Source: Microcoleus sp. (lineage in GTDB: Bacteria; Cyanobacteriota; Cyanobacteriia; Cyanobacteriales; Microcoleaceae). From it: a stretch of DNA of 64,000 bases. Positions 52,456 to 64,000 of the stretch are shown here, one piece after another. A model generated the notes under the pieces. It saw only the letters and a list, made by a program, of their open reading frames with translations. It did not search any database and was not told where the DNA came from. The stretch covers positions 3,104,001-3,168,000 of the forward strand of contig CP181291.1 of the NCBI GenBank assembly GCA_052279835.1, written 5' to 3'. The stretch's first letter is position 1. Every line of letters begins with the position of its first letter. Both the position numbers and the translations under genes were made by a program.

Positions 52456-53586
52456 ATGACAAAAATTTTGGTGATAGAAGATGAAAACAATATTCGAGAA
52501 ATCCTGATAGAAATACTAAATGCGGAGGATTTTGATACTACAGGGGCAGAAAATGGTCGCATTGGGGTAGAATTAGCACAAGAAATTATACCAGATTTAA
52601 TTATTTGCGATGTGATGATGCCAGAGCTAGACGGTTATGGTGTGATTGCTAATTTGCGGAAAAATCCTGCAACTGAGACAATTCCTTTCATTTTCCTCAC
52701 GGCAAAATCTAGCAAACATGATTTACGTCAAGGCATGGAATTGGGAGCAGATGATTATCTCACTAAACCATTTACCAGAGAAGAATTGTTAGCCACTATC
52801 TCTACTAGATTACAAAAAAAGATGGCTACAGAGCAACGATTACAAGCAAATTTAAATAATTTGCGTAGCAGCATTAACCAGTCCCTTCCTCACGAACTCC
52901 GAACGCCTCTGAATGGAATTTTGGTTTCGGCTGATTTGATTTTGGATAAACGTAATTTGCTGGAACCATCGGAAATTCGAGAGATGGTGGGCTACATCAA
53001 AATTTCTGGTCAACGCTTGTATAGACTGATTCAAAATTATTTGCTATATGCAGAAATGAATTTGGTAGCACTAGATCCAGACCGACTAAAATTGATGCGG
53101 AGCCACCAAACTTTCTCGGCTAAAGCAGTGATTAATTATCAAGGGGTCGAACAAGCAAAAAAAGTCGATCGCGAAAATGATTTGCATTTGAAAATAGAAG
53201 ATGCCACCATTGTGATGTCAGAAGGCCGTTTCGCAAAACTGGTGGAAGAATTGATCGATAATGCCCTAAAATTTTCTGCACCAGGAACTCCTATTGAGGC
53301 GATCGGCACCAATAGCGATGGGATGTTTACTTTGCGCATCACCGATCGCGGAAGGGGTATGACCCTCGCTCAGATTTCCTCCCTGGGAGCCTATACGCAA
53401 TTTGAGCGCAAACTGTACGAACAACAAGGCTGTGGATTAGGACTGGCGATCGCTAAATCTCTAGCAGAGGTCCATGGAGGAGGACTAAGCATCAAAAGTA
53501 TACCTGGTGAAACCACAACAGTTAAAGTTGTTCTGCCGACAGTTCCCCGTATCGATCTAGAGGAAGATGAGGACATGGGAGAGTGA
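52456..53586 (+). CDS. Hybrid REC-histidine kinase
   Basis: ILVIEDE..ICDVMMP..KPF; PHELRTPL, IDNALKFS, GCGLGL. Confidence 0.93.
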   Translation: MTKILVIEDENNIREILIEILNAEDFDTTGAENGRIGVELAQEIIPDLIICDVMMPELDGYGVIANLRKNPATETIPFIFLTAKSSKHDLRQGMELGADDYLTKPFTREELLATISTRLQKKMATEQRLQANLNNLRSSINQSLPHELRTPLNGILVSADLILDKRNLLEPSEIREMVGYIKISGQRLYRLIQNYLLYAEMNLVALDPDRLKLMRSHQTFSAKAVINYQGVEQAKKVDRENDLHLKIEDATIVMSEGRFAKLVEELIDNALKFSAPGTPIEAIGTNSDGMFTLRITDRGRGMTLAQISSLGAYTQFERKLYEQQGCGLGLAIAKSLAEVHGGGLSIKSIPGETTTVKVVLPTVPRIDLEEDEDMGE

Positions 53587-53627
53587 GAGCTTTCCACCGA
53601 TGTGGCATCACCAATCAGCAATCCAAA

Positions 53628-54641
53628 CTAATGAATCACTGCTTCTTTAACTAGGAGCCACTGCATTAAATCTTGCCACTCAGGAGACGTAGCTAATAAA
53701 TCTGCATCCAATTCATTGCCAGAATTTTGATAAAATTCTGTGAAACATTCCGCCCAATCAATGACTGTTTCCACGGGTAAATAAGGAGTATAATTCCAAG
53801 AACGCTGCAAAAACTGTACCATCTCCACGGGATGACCAGTGCGGTGCAAATACCAAGCAATCCAAACTAAGGTACTGTACTTAATTTGCTTTTCCAGCAA
53901 ACGTATTTTATCTGGCAATTCAGGGCTGGCAAAAAAATTGTCCATTACCGCTGCGAGGGATTTAGCCTGGGGTAAACCTTTGTACATGGCACTTTGTTCG
54001 TGCTGGCGGTAGCAAACAGTTATTTGGCGCAGCCAATCTGCTTCGCATCCCATTAAAGCCAAGCGCAGCACTAAATCTGTATCTTCCGCCGGTGGAAATC
54101 GCGGATCGAAGCCACCAGCGAGCTCTAACCAATGGCGGCGAAATATCATCGCGCTGGGCAATACTGGCTTCCACCGGAGCCACATTTCTAAGTCTAATTT
54201 AGGCACATTTTGCCAGGGTTTGACATCTTGAAGTGGCTCGCCTATACTATTAACTAAGCGCCAGCCACTGTGCACTATTCCTAAATTTGGTTGTGCAGCA
54301 AACACCGCCATTTGTGATGCTAATTTTGCGGGAAGAAAGAAGTCATCTGCATCTAAAAAAGCGACAAATTCTCCTCGCGCTAACTTGATGCCGTGATTTC
54401 TGGCAAGGGAAACTCCTTGATTCTGTTGATAAACATAGCGAATTCGACGATCGCCATATTTCTCTAAAACTAATCTGGTATCATCTTTGGAGCCGTCGTC
54501 AACCACAATAATTTCCCAGTCAGTATAGGTTTGGCTCACAACACTATCGACTGCTTGACCGATGTAAGCAGCGCAATTGTAGGCAGGAATTACCACGCTG
54601 ACTTGTGGGGGGCTCGCCAAATCCCTCGTAACATCACTCAT
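53628..54641 (-). CDS. Glycosyltransferase family 2
   Basis: VSVVIPAYN, VDDGSKD, ARNHG, FLDADD, EDTDL. Confidence 0.92.
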   Translation of the reverse strand: MSDVTRDLASPPQVSVVIPAYNCAAYIGQAVDSVVSQTYTDWEIIVVDDGSKDDTRLVLEKYGDRRIRYVYQQNQGVSLARNHGIKLARGEFVAFLDADDFFLPAKLASQMAVFAAQPNLGIVHSGWRLVNSIGEPLQDVKPWQNVPKLDLEMWLRWKPVLPSAMIFRRHWLELAGGFDPRFPPAEDTDLVLRLALMGCEADWLRQITVCYRQHEQSAMYKGLPQAKSLAAVMDNFFASPELPDKIRLLEKQIKYSTLVWIAWYLHRTGHPVEMVQFLQRSWNYTPYLPVETVIDWAECFTEFYQNSGNELDADLLATSPEWQDLMQWLLVKEAVIH

Positions 54642-54646
54642 ATAGC

Positions 54647-54688
54647 AGAAGGAAGAAGGAAGAAGGAAGAAGGAAGAAGGAAGAAGGG
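54647..54688 (+). repeat. Heptamer tandem repeat (AGAAGGA)n
   Basis: About 6 copies; followed by ATCGATGGTTTCAGC(A/G)ATTAA, which also occurs at ~4018-4038. Confidence 0.75.
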
Positions 54689-54870
54689 AAATGCAATCAA
54701 ATCGATGGTTTCAGCAATTAAAAATTTCGTAACTCCCGACAAGGTTTCCATCACTCAGAGTATGAAATCCGCTGGCGTGTTTAATTATAAGCTATTGCAG
54801 GTTCACATCGTACCTTCTCGGCTGGCTGACGTGTGCACCCTCGGATAGTTTCCAGATAGATATCTCAAGA

Positions 54871-56115
54871 TCAAGAATTTGCTAAGGTAAGTCGGTGGGA
54901 ATTGAGTAAATCGTTGTGGCGAACTGCTAGAGGACTGTAATCGCTTTTTGCTTTCAAATACTTGTCCACTACTTGCAAAACTTTTTCTGGCGAAGCCGGC
55001 TTGCTCAAAAAATCGGAAGCACCTGTCAGTTTTGCCCGCGTGCGGTCAACGATACTGTCTTTACCGGTCAAAAATACGATCGGAGTTTCCCGAAAAGCCG
55101 ATGTTTTCCGCAAAAAACTGCATAAAGCAAAGCCTGTTGTCTTCGGCATCAGCACGTCCATAAAAATCAAAGCAGGGTTGTGCTTAGCCAGGAGACTCAC
55201 TCCCTGCATCGGGTCTTGAATTTTCAGGACTCGATAGCCTCCATCCAATAAAACTTGCTCTAAAAATTCGCATACTGTAGGGCTGTCATCGATGCAAGCA
55301 ATCAAAGGGCGACCAGGTTTAGCAATGGCGGCGGCCAAACGCCACTGTTCGATGGGCGATGGCAAATCGGGAACGGTGCGAAAATTAACTAAACCCTGCT
55401 TTATGTAGTTCTGCAAAGCGCGGGTGGCGACGGTAACACATTGCTTTTTTTTAAATGCTATGTCCCACAGAGTATTCTCGCCGTTGAAGACGTTAGCTAG
55501 AGTTAGGAAAGAATTAGAACTAAATCGATTTTTTAATTCCGGCGGTAATCTTAAAAGAGGTGCTTGTTCTGGTTCTACCAACCACAAACTCATTGATTTC
55601 CACTTCTGCCACATTTGTTGTGTAGAATACAAAAATTGCTGTAGGTCTGTTAAAGAGAGTAGCAAAGAAGGGATAACATGAGACACATATTTTTTTGATG
55701 GACGCCACTCTCGCCGCAAATTCGATTGACCCATCAAAGAAAATAATACTTCCGAAAGGCTGGTTTGGACGATCGCCTTAGCTTGTTCCAGGTTCATTTC
55801 ATTTTTGGCAATTCCTTGCTGAAGCAGTTGATATTCCCACAACTCTCCAGCATCAAGACCTCTGAGATCCACTTGAAAGTTGCGACAGTGTTGACCTACA
55901 GCCCTGTACCAACGTCTCGCCCTATGCCATCCTCCAGTCGCATAAACCAGACTGCCTCGAAAAAAGTAGAGTTGCCACTGTTGCTCCCCTTGCTCTAATA
56001 GCAGTTTTCCAGTGGCTTGCTTCTGGCTGAGCACTGCCAGCGTCTGAGACAGCATTTTGTACCCGATTGCTGTAGTACACATATTCACTCGCATCCCCCG
56101 TAGTCCCTTTATCAT
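54871..56115 (-). CDS. PatA-family response regulator (PATAN + REC); true start may be 56082 or 56055
   Basis: TGKL...WQLYF.RG.L.YATGG.H..RRW; IACIDDS, LIFMD..MP, KP. Confidence 0.88.
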   Translation of the reverse strand: MIKGLRGMRVNMCTTAIGYKMLSQTLAVLSQKQATGKLLLEQGEQQWQLYFFRGSLVYATGGWHRARRWYRAVGQHCRNFQVDLRGLDAGELWEYQLLQQGIAKNEMNLEQAKAIVQTSLSEVLFSLMGQSNLRREWRPSKKYVSHVIPSLLLSLTDLQQFLYSTQQMWQKWKSMSLWLVEPEQAPLLRLPPELKNRFSSNSFLTLANVFNGENTLWDIAFKKKQCVTVATRALQNYIKQGLVNFRTVPDLPSPIEQWRLAAAIAKPGRPLIACIDDSPTVCEFLEQVLLDGGYRVLKIQDPMQGVSLLAKHNPALIFMDVLMPKTTGFALCSFLRKTSAFRETPIVFLTGKDSIVDRTRAKLTGASDFLSKPASPEKVLQVVDKYLKAKSDYSPLAVRHNDLLNSHRLTLANS

Positions 56116-56256
56116 ATTTTACAACTTTTGAGAAGTCGGGACAAACAGTAATATTACTGAGTTTTTGTGAATATTAATACTCTACCTCTATCCGCAACTT
56201 GTGGCTTGTTGGTTATTACTTGTTGCGGGTTGGTGCTGCTACAAGTGTGCAATTTA

Positions 56257-56484
56257 CTATTCACAATTATCTGGGGGCGGTACGGGGTCATACCCCCCAG
56301 GATGCAGAGGTTGACAACGCAAAATCCGCTGAATTGCCATGGAACCACCGCGGGCAACTCCAAATCTTTCTATTGCTTCGATCGCATATTGAGAACAAGT
56401 TGGGTAAAATCTACAGGCGTTGGGTAAGTAAGGGGAAATTCCGATTTTGTAGCCTTGTATTAATCCGATTACCAATATTTTCAT
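56257..56484 (-). CDS. yidD: Membrane protein insertion efficiency factor
   Basis: ISP...[16 protein letters not shown]...[14 protein letters not shown]. Confidence 0.93.
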   Translation of the reverse strand: MKILVIGLIQGYKIGISPYLPNACRFYPTCSQYAIEAIERFGVARGGSMAIQRILRCQPLHPGGYDPVPPPDNCE

Positions 56485-56515
56485 CTCGATATTTATTATT
56501 TGGTGTGTGCGATCG

Positions 56516-57439
56516 TTAAAAGACAATTTGAGGAGCCAAAATCTTGTTTGTATCTGACTCAACTACTTGACCGATACCCAAAAACTGACCATCTTCATGA
56601 TAAACCTGCAACGGAGAAGATAAGGCAATGGAGGTATTTTTTGCAGATTGCCTACTTTCAATAATTTCTGCTATCGGGAGGCGTTGACCTTGAAACCAGC
56701 GTTTGGCATATTCAGGAGAAAGGACGATCGGCCCTAAATGGGCCAAAACCTCTGACGGTAAAATGGGGGAGAATAAATTCTCATGCAATTGCATTTCTAA
56801 TTGTGCAAAACTGAGACTTTGTTCGATCGCAAAACCGCTACTTTCAGTACGAGTCAAACGAGCTAAAGTGCCACCTACATTCAACATAGCACCCAAATCG
56901 CGAGCGATCGCCCGAATATAAGTACCAGCCCCACAGGAAATCGCCAAATCCAATTCAGGAAAATCCCCAGGCCGCCAATCCAAAACTTCCAGGCTAAACA
57001 CCTCTACTTTCCTAGCAGGAACTTCCACAGTTTCGCCCTTCCTAGCCAACTCATAAAGGCGTTTTCCTCCCACCTGAATGGCACTAAAACTAGGTGGAAA
57101 CTGCTCTATTTTTCCGATAAAATTGGGCAGTTGAGTTTGCACTTCTTCTAAACTTAAATCCGGTGCTGGTTGAGAAGTCAGGATTTCTCCTTCCAAATCA
57201 TCCGTAGCAGTAGTTAAGCCAAACCGAATCGTACCTTTATAAGCTTTATGATGTTGGAGAAATTGTAACAGCCTGGTTGCCTTGCCCAGGGCGATCGGCA
57301 AAACCCCAGTCACAGCAGGATCGAGGGTTCCTCCATGTCCGACTCGCTTGAGTTGCAAGAGGCGACGGACTCTCCCCACGCAGTCGTGGGAAGTCATGCC
57401 GGCTGGTTTATTTAAATTCAGAAAACCTTCAAAAGTCAT
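56516..57439 (-). CDS. truB: tRNA pseudouridine(55) synthase
   Basis: [38 protein letters not shown]. Confidence 0.95.
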   Translation of the reverse strand: MTFEGFLNLNKPAGMTSHDCVGRVRRLLQLKRVGHGGTLDPAVTGVLPIALGKATRLLQFLQHHKAYKGTIRFGLTTATDDLEGEILTSQPAPDLSLEEVQTQLPNFIGKIEQFPPSFSAIQVGGKRLYELARKGETVEVPARKVEVFSLEVLDWRPGDFPELDLAISCGAGTYIRAIARDLGAMLNVGGTLARLTRTESSGFAIEQSLSFAQLEMQLHENLFSPILPSEVLAHLGPIVLSPEYAKRWFQGQRLPIAEIIESRQSAKNTSIALSSPLQVYHEDGQFLGIGQVVESDTNKILAPQIVF

Positions 57440-57500
57440 TGGTTATTGGTTATTGGTTATTGGTTATTGGTTATTTGTTAACTAATAACCAATAAATAAC
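57438..57500. repeat. STRR heptamer (TTGGTTA)n with short inverted arm
   Basis: About 5 tandem copies then TAACCAA-like units. Confidence 0.8.
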
Positions 57501-57503
57501 AAA

Positions 57504-58259
57504 TTAAAGAATGAAGTCAGCCTGACTAATAGAAGTGCGGGGAACTCCGAACAGAGTAGCCAGAGTTTCCTTAGTGCTGGTAAGCTGAATAATTGTACTT
57601 GGCGTAGTTCCGCTAGTACCAGCGACAATTGTGAGTTCGGCAAAAGTAAGACCGGCGGCCAAGCGAATGCGATCGCTACCATCAGTAAAATCTGTAATCA
57701 AATCCGATTCTGACGAAAAACTCAGCGCAAAGGTATCATTTCCCAGCCCCCCAGTTAAAGTATCTCTACCTTTATCGCCGGAAAGACTATCATCACCAGC
57801 ACCCCCAAACAAAGAGTCATCGCCAGAACCCCCAAAAAAGGTGTCATTGCCCGCGCCTCCCAACAAAGTATCGTTGTCTTGGTTGCCAAATAGCAAGTCA
57901 TTGCCATCATCTCCAGTTTGGGAATCAGCACCTTTGCCACCATAAAGAGTGTCGTCGCCTTCATTACCCAACATAGTATCGCGACCCGCACCGCCGAACA
58001 GACAGTCATTGCCAGCGTCGCCGCGGATGGAGTCGTCGCCGTCTTCGCCGTAGATGAGATCGTTACCTGCTAAGCCAAAAATTGTATCCGGGCCTCCCAA
58101 ACCGAAAATAGTATCAACGCCGCTAGTACCCGTGAGGGAATCTGGGCCAGAGGTGCCAATCTTGCCAATCCGGGACACTGTTGTACCACCGGGGGTGGGG
58201 GTGGGGGTTGGGGTTGGGGTAGGTTTGGGAATTGGTTTCAAAGGGGCTGCTGGTGGCAT
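57504..58259 (-). CDS. RTX/hemolysin-type calcium-binding repeat protein
   Basis: Many GGxGxDxLx nonapeptides, DLITDFTDG.D.I.L tail, N-terminal PT linker. Confidence 0.88.
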   Translation of the reverse strand: MPPAAPLKPIPKPTPTPTPTPTPGGTTVSRIGKIGTSGPDSLTGTSGVDTIFGLGGPDTIFGLAGNDLIYGEDGDDSIRGDAGNDCLFGGAGRDTMLGNEGDDTLYGGKGADSQTGDDGNDLLFGNQDNDTLLGGAGNDTFFGGSGDDSLFGGAGDDSLSGDKGRDTLTGGLGNDTFALSFSSESDLITDFTDGSDRIRLAAGLTFAELTIVAGTSGTTPSTIIQLTSTKETLATLFGVPRTSISQADFIL

Positions 58260-58369
58260 TGTTTGACCCTGGGTAATTAGATAAAAATTTGCACTTCTAA
58301 CTTACCCAATTTCTAACAAAATACCTAGATCTTAAGGGCGATCGGATTTTTGATTGCTTCATGGCCAGC

Positions 58370-60103
58370 TTACCGCGGAACAGGACTCGGCTGAGGTTGA
58401 GGAGTTGGGGGTATAGAGGCGGGGCGACTCGGCGGTGGGGGACTGTTGACTAACTGTTGCAATTGCTGCGACGTGAGCGATCGCAAAATTCTCAGCCCTA
58501 GGGATTCTCTGGAGATGCTTTGAGCGTAGGAGGATTCGATATAGGGACGGAATTGGGACTGGTTGTTCAAATAGCTTTCCATGAAAGCAAGGCTGAGTCC
58601 GTTGAGGTAGCGACGGGCTAAGGCGGGTTCTGGTCCGATGACATCGGGAGGTGGAATAAAGATGCTTTGAGGGGATTGGTCGATGGTGGAGAAGTGAGTG
58701 CCGTTTTTCATTAATACCAGATATTTGTTGGGCGATGTCAACCAAGTGAAAGGTTGAATTTGTTCGACCAAAGCGGGGGCGACTGTATCGGCGCTGCCTG
58801 CGATTACCATGACTGGAATTTGAATTTTACTGAGACTGGTTTCTCCCAGAATGCTGCTGCTAATCGGGTTAACGGCGATCGCAGCTTTGATGCGCGGATC
58901 GCCGAAATTGTACTCTAGGCGGTCCAATCCACGGGCGCGGCACTGCAAAAGTAGTGAGATGTTCCAAGTGTCGTTTTCTAGCCGACAGTCTTTGTCTAGC
59001 TGTGCCAAATTCATGGGTGCCCCGGCTAAGGCCAAAGCGGTGTAACCGCCGAAAGATTGGCCGATGATGCCGACTCGCTGCAAGTCTAATTGCCCTCGGT
59101 AAGTTGGATTGCTTACAGACAGGCTGGTTAAATAATCTAGCAAGTCTTTGACATCCAGGGGTCGATTGACAAATTCTGCTGGTCCTACTACTTCGTTGGC
59201 TTTGCCTGTGATTAAGTCTTGCAGTTGTTTGGCGTTACTGCCGGGGTGTTCGGGGACGGCGACGGCAAAGCCGTAGGAGGCTAGGTGTTTGGCTAAATAC
59301 TCAAAGGAAGTGCGATCGGAACCCAAACCGTGGGAAATTACGACTACTGGGGCTGGTCGAGGGCTACCTTGGGGCAGATAGATGTCGATGGGAAAGGTGC
59401 GATCGCGATTGGGATTTTTCAGAGTTACCGATGATTTTTTCCAGGTATAGGGGCCTGGTATTTGGGGCTGTAGTATTTGGGCGGGGGGAATTTCCGGTTC
59501 TGACACTGCTTGTTCTTCCGACAATTTGGCGACTCCTTCGATCGCCCGATTGGAACGGTTGATCAGCGTCGTCAGTTCGTTGGCGATGCCCAAGCCACGA
59601 GAGATGTCAATCCTGATCCCGTAGGTGGGAAATTTCCGTAACACGTTGACAATTGTGACACCTTCTGGGTCTGATGCCGCTAAAATTAAGGCAGCTCGAA
59701 TCGCGTAAAATCCAGGCTGTCGAGCTTTCGTCTGAATTACTCTACCCAAGCGCTCCAGCAGTAATTCTCCTTGGTCTGTGTAGAGGAATTGGGCGATCGT
59801 CACCGGGCTGATTTCAGCACGAGCTTGCAAGGCGCTCTGAATCTGGGCTAGCTGTTCTGGTTTGGCATATTGAGCGAAGCCGTCTAAGTTGGAGTCTATT
59901 TTGCCTTCTGTGGCGAACAGTGCCAGGGAGTCGATCGGAACTGAGACTTCTAGTGGGCCGTAAGTTACGTAAATCCGCTCGGCTGCGATCGCAGGTGTGG
60001 CGGTGCAAACAGCCGTAAATGCAAACAATCCTAGGTATTTTTGGATGCCAGAGAGCCGAGTGCGATCGGCACCAGGGGATGGACTCGGAAACAGAAAGTT
60101 CAT
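58370..60103 (-). CDS. DUF1400 + alpha/beta hydrolase
   Basis: AAERIYVTYG N-terminal domain, SHGLGS, GQSFGG nucleophile elbow, GTHFS. Confidence 0.9.
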   Translation of the reverse strand: MNFLFPSPSPGADRTRLSGIQKYLGLFAFTAVCTATPAIAAERIYVTYGPLEVSVPIDSLALFATEGKIDSNLDGFAQYAKPEQLAQIQSALQARAEISPVTIAQFLYTDQGELLLERLGRVIQTKARQPGFYAIRAALILAASDPEGVTIVNVLRKFPTYGIRIDISRGLGIANELTTLINRSNRAIEGVAKLSEEQAVSEPEIPPAQILQPQIPGPYTWKKSSVTLKNPNRDRTFPIDIYLPQGSPRPAPVVVISHGLGSDRTSFEYLAKHLASYGFAVAVPEHPGSNAKQLQDLITGKANEVVGPAEFVNRPLDVKDLLDYLTSLSVSNPTYRGQLDLQRVGIIGQSFGGYTALALAGAPMNLAQLDKDCRLENDTWNISLLLQCRARGLDRLEYNFGDPRIKAAIAVNPISSSILGETSLSKIQIPVMVIAGSADTVAPALVEQIQPFTWLTSPNKYLVLMKNGTHFSTIDQSPQSIFIPPPDVIGPEPALARRYLNGLSLAFMESYLNNQSQFRPYIESSYAQSISRESLGLRILRSLTSQQLQQLVNSPPPPSRPASIPPTPQPQPSPVPR

Positions 60104-60377
60104 AACTTTTATACCCAGGACTTCTAATAATTAGTCGATCAAACAGTCTATATTGTTTCACCAATATTTAATAGGGAAAAATCGATCGGTTTCCCATAAA
60201 TTTAGGTTATGGTGTAAAACATCACCCTAAATCACATTTTTGCTTTAACAACCCTAGCTTCCTTTTCCTATTCAATGTCTTGATGTTAAGCCTGCTAACA
60301 TCCCAATTAATTATTTTTGCCATCATGTTTAGATATCTGCGATCGCATCTGTAAGTAAAGTTTGAGTGAGAGAATTT

Positions 60378-61361
60378 ATGATGTTCAATGCCACCGCTAT
60401 CCTGATAGACGCTTTTGTTCAAGAGCTACAGGCTGGCTATCGCCGTACCTACGGCAAATACAAGCCAGACTACCCAGAAATCATCGCCTGGGCTGGGACA
60501 ATGGCTCTGGAAAATATCGCTAACTGTGATGCTCTATACCACAACGTAGAACATACTATGCTCGTAGCCCTAGTCGGACAAGAAATTCTCCGGGGCAAGC
60601 ATATTCGTGAGGGGGGAGTGTCGCCGGAAGATTGGCTGCACTACCTCATATCCCTACTGTGCCACGATATCGGCTACATCAAAGGCGTTTGTCGCCAAGA
60701 CCAAGAAGCTGTTGGTCTTTATGCAACGGGTATTGACGGCGGCATGGTGTCCGTACCCATTGGCGCAACTTCCGCCAGTTTAACTCCTTATCATGTCGAT
60801 CGGGGCAAACTGGTAATTGACGAACGCTTCGGCGGCCACACACTAATTGATGCCGAACAAATCAAACGCAATATTGAATTGACTCGCTTTCCAGTTCCTG
60901 CAAGCGAAACCCATCAAGACAGAAACAATTATTCGGGACTGGCGCGAGCCGCAGATTTAATTGGTCAATTGAGCGACCCCAATTACCTGCGAAAAATTAG
61001 TGCCCTGTTCTACGAATTTGAAGAAGTCGGCACTAATAAAATTTTAGGTTACAAATCTCCGGGGGATTTGCGACAAAACTATGCCAAATTTTATTGGAAT
61101 GGAGTGTTTCCCTACATTCCGGCCGCTCTCAACTATTTAGACTTAACCCAAGGCGGAAAACAGATTGTTGCCAACCTCTACGCTAATGTGTTTCAGGTAG
61201 AACACGCTGAACCCCTCGCTTTCACCAAAGTCAACTCTCAAGATTTGCTCAAATCTCGTGGAAAAGGCAATTTAAAGGGAGAAAAAGATGCGGAAAATTT
61301 AGTGTTTTCCATTTCCGGAGAAACCAAGAAATTTAACGAATTTCCCGATCTAAATCTCTAA
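60378..61361 (+). CDS. HD-domain metal-dependent phosphohydrolase (cyanobacterial family)
   Basis: YHNVEHT, CHDIG, YHVDR, AADLIGQL. Confidence 0.85.
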   Translation: MMFNATAILIDAFVQELQAGYRRTYGKYKPDYPEIIAWAGTMALENIANCDALYHNVEHTMLVALVGQEILRGKHIREGGVSPEDWLHYLISLLCHDIGYIKGVCRQDQEAVGLYATGIDGGMVSVPIGATSASLTPYHVDRGKLVIDERFGGHTLIDAEQIKRNIELTRFPVPASETHQDRNNYSGLARAADLIGQLSDPNYLRKISALFYEFEEVGTNKILGYKSPGDLRQNYAKFYWNGVFPYIPAALNYLDLTQGGKQIVANLYANVFQVEHAEPLAFTKVNSQDLLKSRGKGNLKGEKDAENLVFSISGETKKFNEFPDLNL

Positions 61362-61498
61362 TCAGATCGCAGCATTAACACTGACGAAAATCCAGGGAGC
61401 CAGAATTAGGATTAAAAAATATTAACCTAGTTGCTGACTCTTTTTGTTTGAGGTAAAATAGAGTTAATAACTCGTTGTTTGTTAGGGAGAGCTATCTG

Positions 61499-62563
61499 AT
61501 GACAACCAGCAACATTGAAGTCGTTTTTAGCTTTGATACCACGGGCAGTATGTACCCATGCTTGACGCAAGTTCGCCGTAAAATTAAAGAAACGGTAACA
61601 AGACTGCTCGATGAAATTCCAGGCATTCGCATAGGAATTATTGCCCACGGAGACTATTGCGATGCTGGCAGCACCTACGTCACTAAACACCTAGATTTGT
61701 CCGGCGATGTCGCCAGGATTTGCAATTTTGTGCAAAATGTAGAGCCTACAGGTGGCGGCGATGCTCCTGAATGTTACGAATTAGTATTACACGAAGCTCA
61801 GTCACTTTCTTGGACTCCAACTAATTCCAAAACCTTGGTACTAATTGGCGACGACATCCCCCACGCACCGGCTCAAACTCCTCAAAAACTTAACTGGCGT
61901 CACGAAGTAGATAAATTAGCACAGATGGGAATAGCCGTTTATGGCATCCAAGCTCTCAACCGTAAGCACGCTACTTTATTCTACAAAGAACTAGCCGAAA
62001 AATCTGGCGGTTTTCACCTCAATCTCGACCAATTTTCCTACATCACAGACCTGTTTTTAGCCGTTTGTTACCAACAGTCATCTAGCGAACAACTACAAGC
62101 CTACGAACAAGAAGTTGTCAGTCAAGGTCGGATGAATCGCGGATTAAACAAAATGTTTGATACCATGCTGAAGCGGGAAGGAGTTGCTGCTTACGAGTCA
62201 GCAGAATTGCGCTCCGTAAAACCAGGGAGATTTCAGATTCTGGAAGTAGACAACGAGATTTCAATCAAAGCATTTGTTCTGGAGAATGGTTTGAGTTTTA
62301 AAACCGGCCGTGGGTTTTATGAATTTACTAAAACAGAAACGATTCAAGGTAAGAAAGAAATTGTGTTGATGGAGCGTTCCACAGGAGATTTGTTTGAAGG
62401 AGAAGCAGCGCGAGAAATGTTAGGTTTACCAATGGGCGAGACAGTTCGCATCAAACCGAGTAATCTAGAAAAGTATGCGGTTTTTGTACAAAGTACCTCT
62501 GCCAATCGCAAACTGATGGGGGGAACTCGTTTCCTTTATGAAGTTGAAGATTGGGATCGTTAA
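61499..62563 (+). CDS. von Willebrand factor A domain protein
   Basis: FDTTGSM MIDAS, GDYCD, GGGDAPECYE, LIGDD.PH. Confidence 0.85.
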   Translation: MTTSNIEVVFSFDTTGSMYPCLTQVRRKIKETVTRLLDEIPGIRIGIIAHGDYCDAGSTYVTKHLDLSGDVARICNFVQNVEPTGGGDAPECYELVLHEAQSLSWTPTNSKTLVLIGDDIPHAPAQTPQKLNWRHEVDKLAQMGIAVYGIQALNRKHATLFYKELAEKSGGFHLNLDQFSYITDLFLAVCYQQSSSEQLQAYEQEVVSQGRMNRGLNKMFDTMLKREGVAAYESAELRSVKPGRFQILEVDNEISIKAFVLENGLSFKTGRGFYEFTKTETIQGKKEIVLMERSTGDLFEGEAAREMLGLPMGETVRIKPSNLEKYAVFVQSTSANRKLMGGTRFLYEVEDWDR

Positions 62564-62588
62564 TCAAGCTTAAATATCCAAACTGTAA

Positions 62589-64000
<1,412 letters not shown>

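Overview
Chromosomal window from a filamentous cyanobacterium, probably Oscillatoriales (Microcoleus/Tychonema-like). The assignment rests on dense HIP1 GCGATCGC octamers, heptamer STRR repeats, and XisH/XisI, PatA, Uma2 and GUN4 genes. Layout: (1) 1-4 kb, small accessory cassettes interleaved with duplicated 3' ends of acs and of a neighbouring gene. (2) 4.2-15 kb, a sulfur/transport island (cysA, Rrf2, cysK, TauE, 2x DUF202, 2x CadD, APC permease, LysR) whose promoters share a recurring 24-bp motif. (3) Metabolic genes, a DUF559 nuclease with its own repeat array, a gene followed by an integron attC-like hairpin, and a GC-rich TetR/oxidoreductase pair. (4) 28.6-34.1 kb, directly behind gltB: co-oriented modules (RAYT transposase; Pepco-like gene + caspase-GUN4; ParDE; MazEF), each delimited by arrays of one REPIN-like repeat. 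This is the best candidate for an undescribed system. (5) A four-gene histidine-kinase cluster including a LOV domain, then GT2, PatA, yidD, truB, an RTX-repeat protein, a hydrolase, an HD protein, a vWA protein and the 5' part of ligA, which carries an in-frame repeat insertion. cysA, cysK and parE each have a +1 frameshift that may be a sequencing error. All calls come from motif recognition by eye; no database searches were run.
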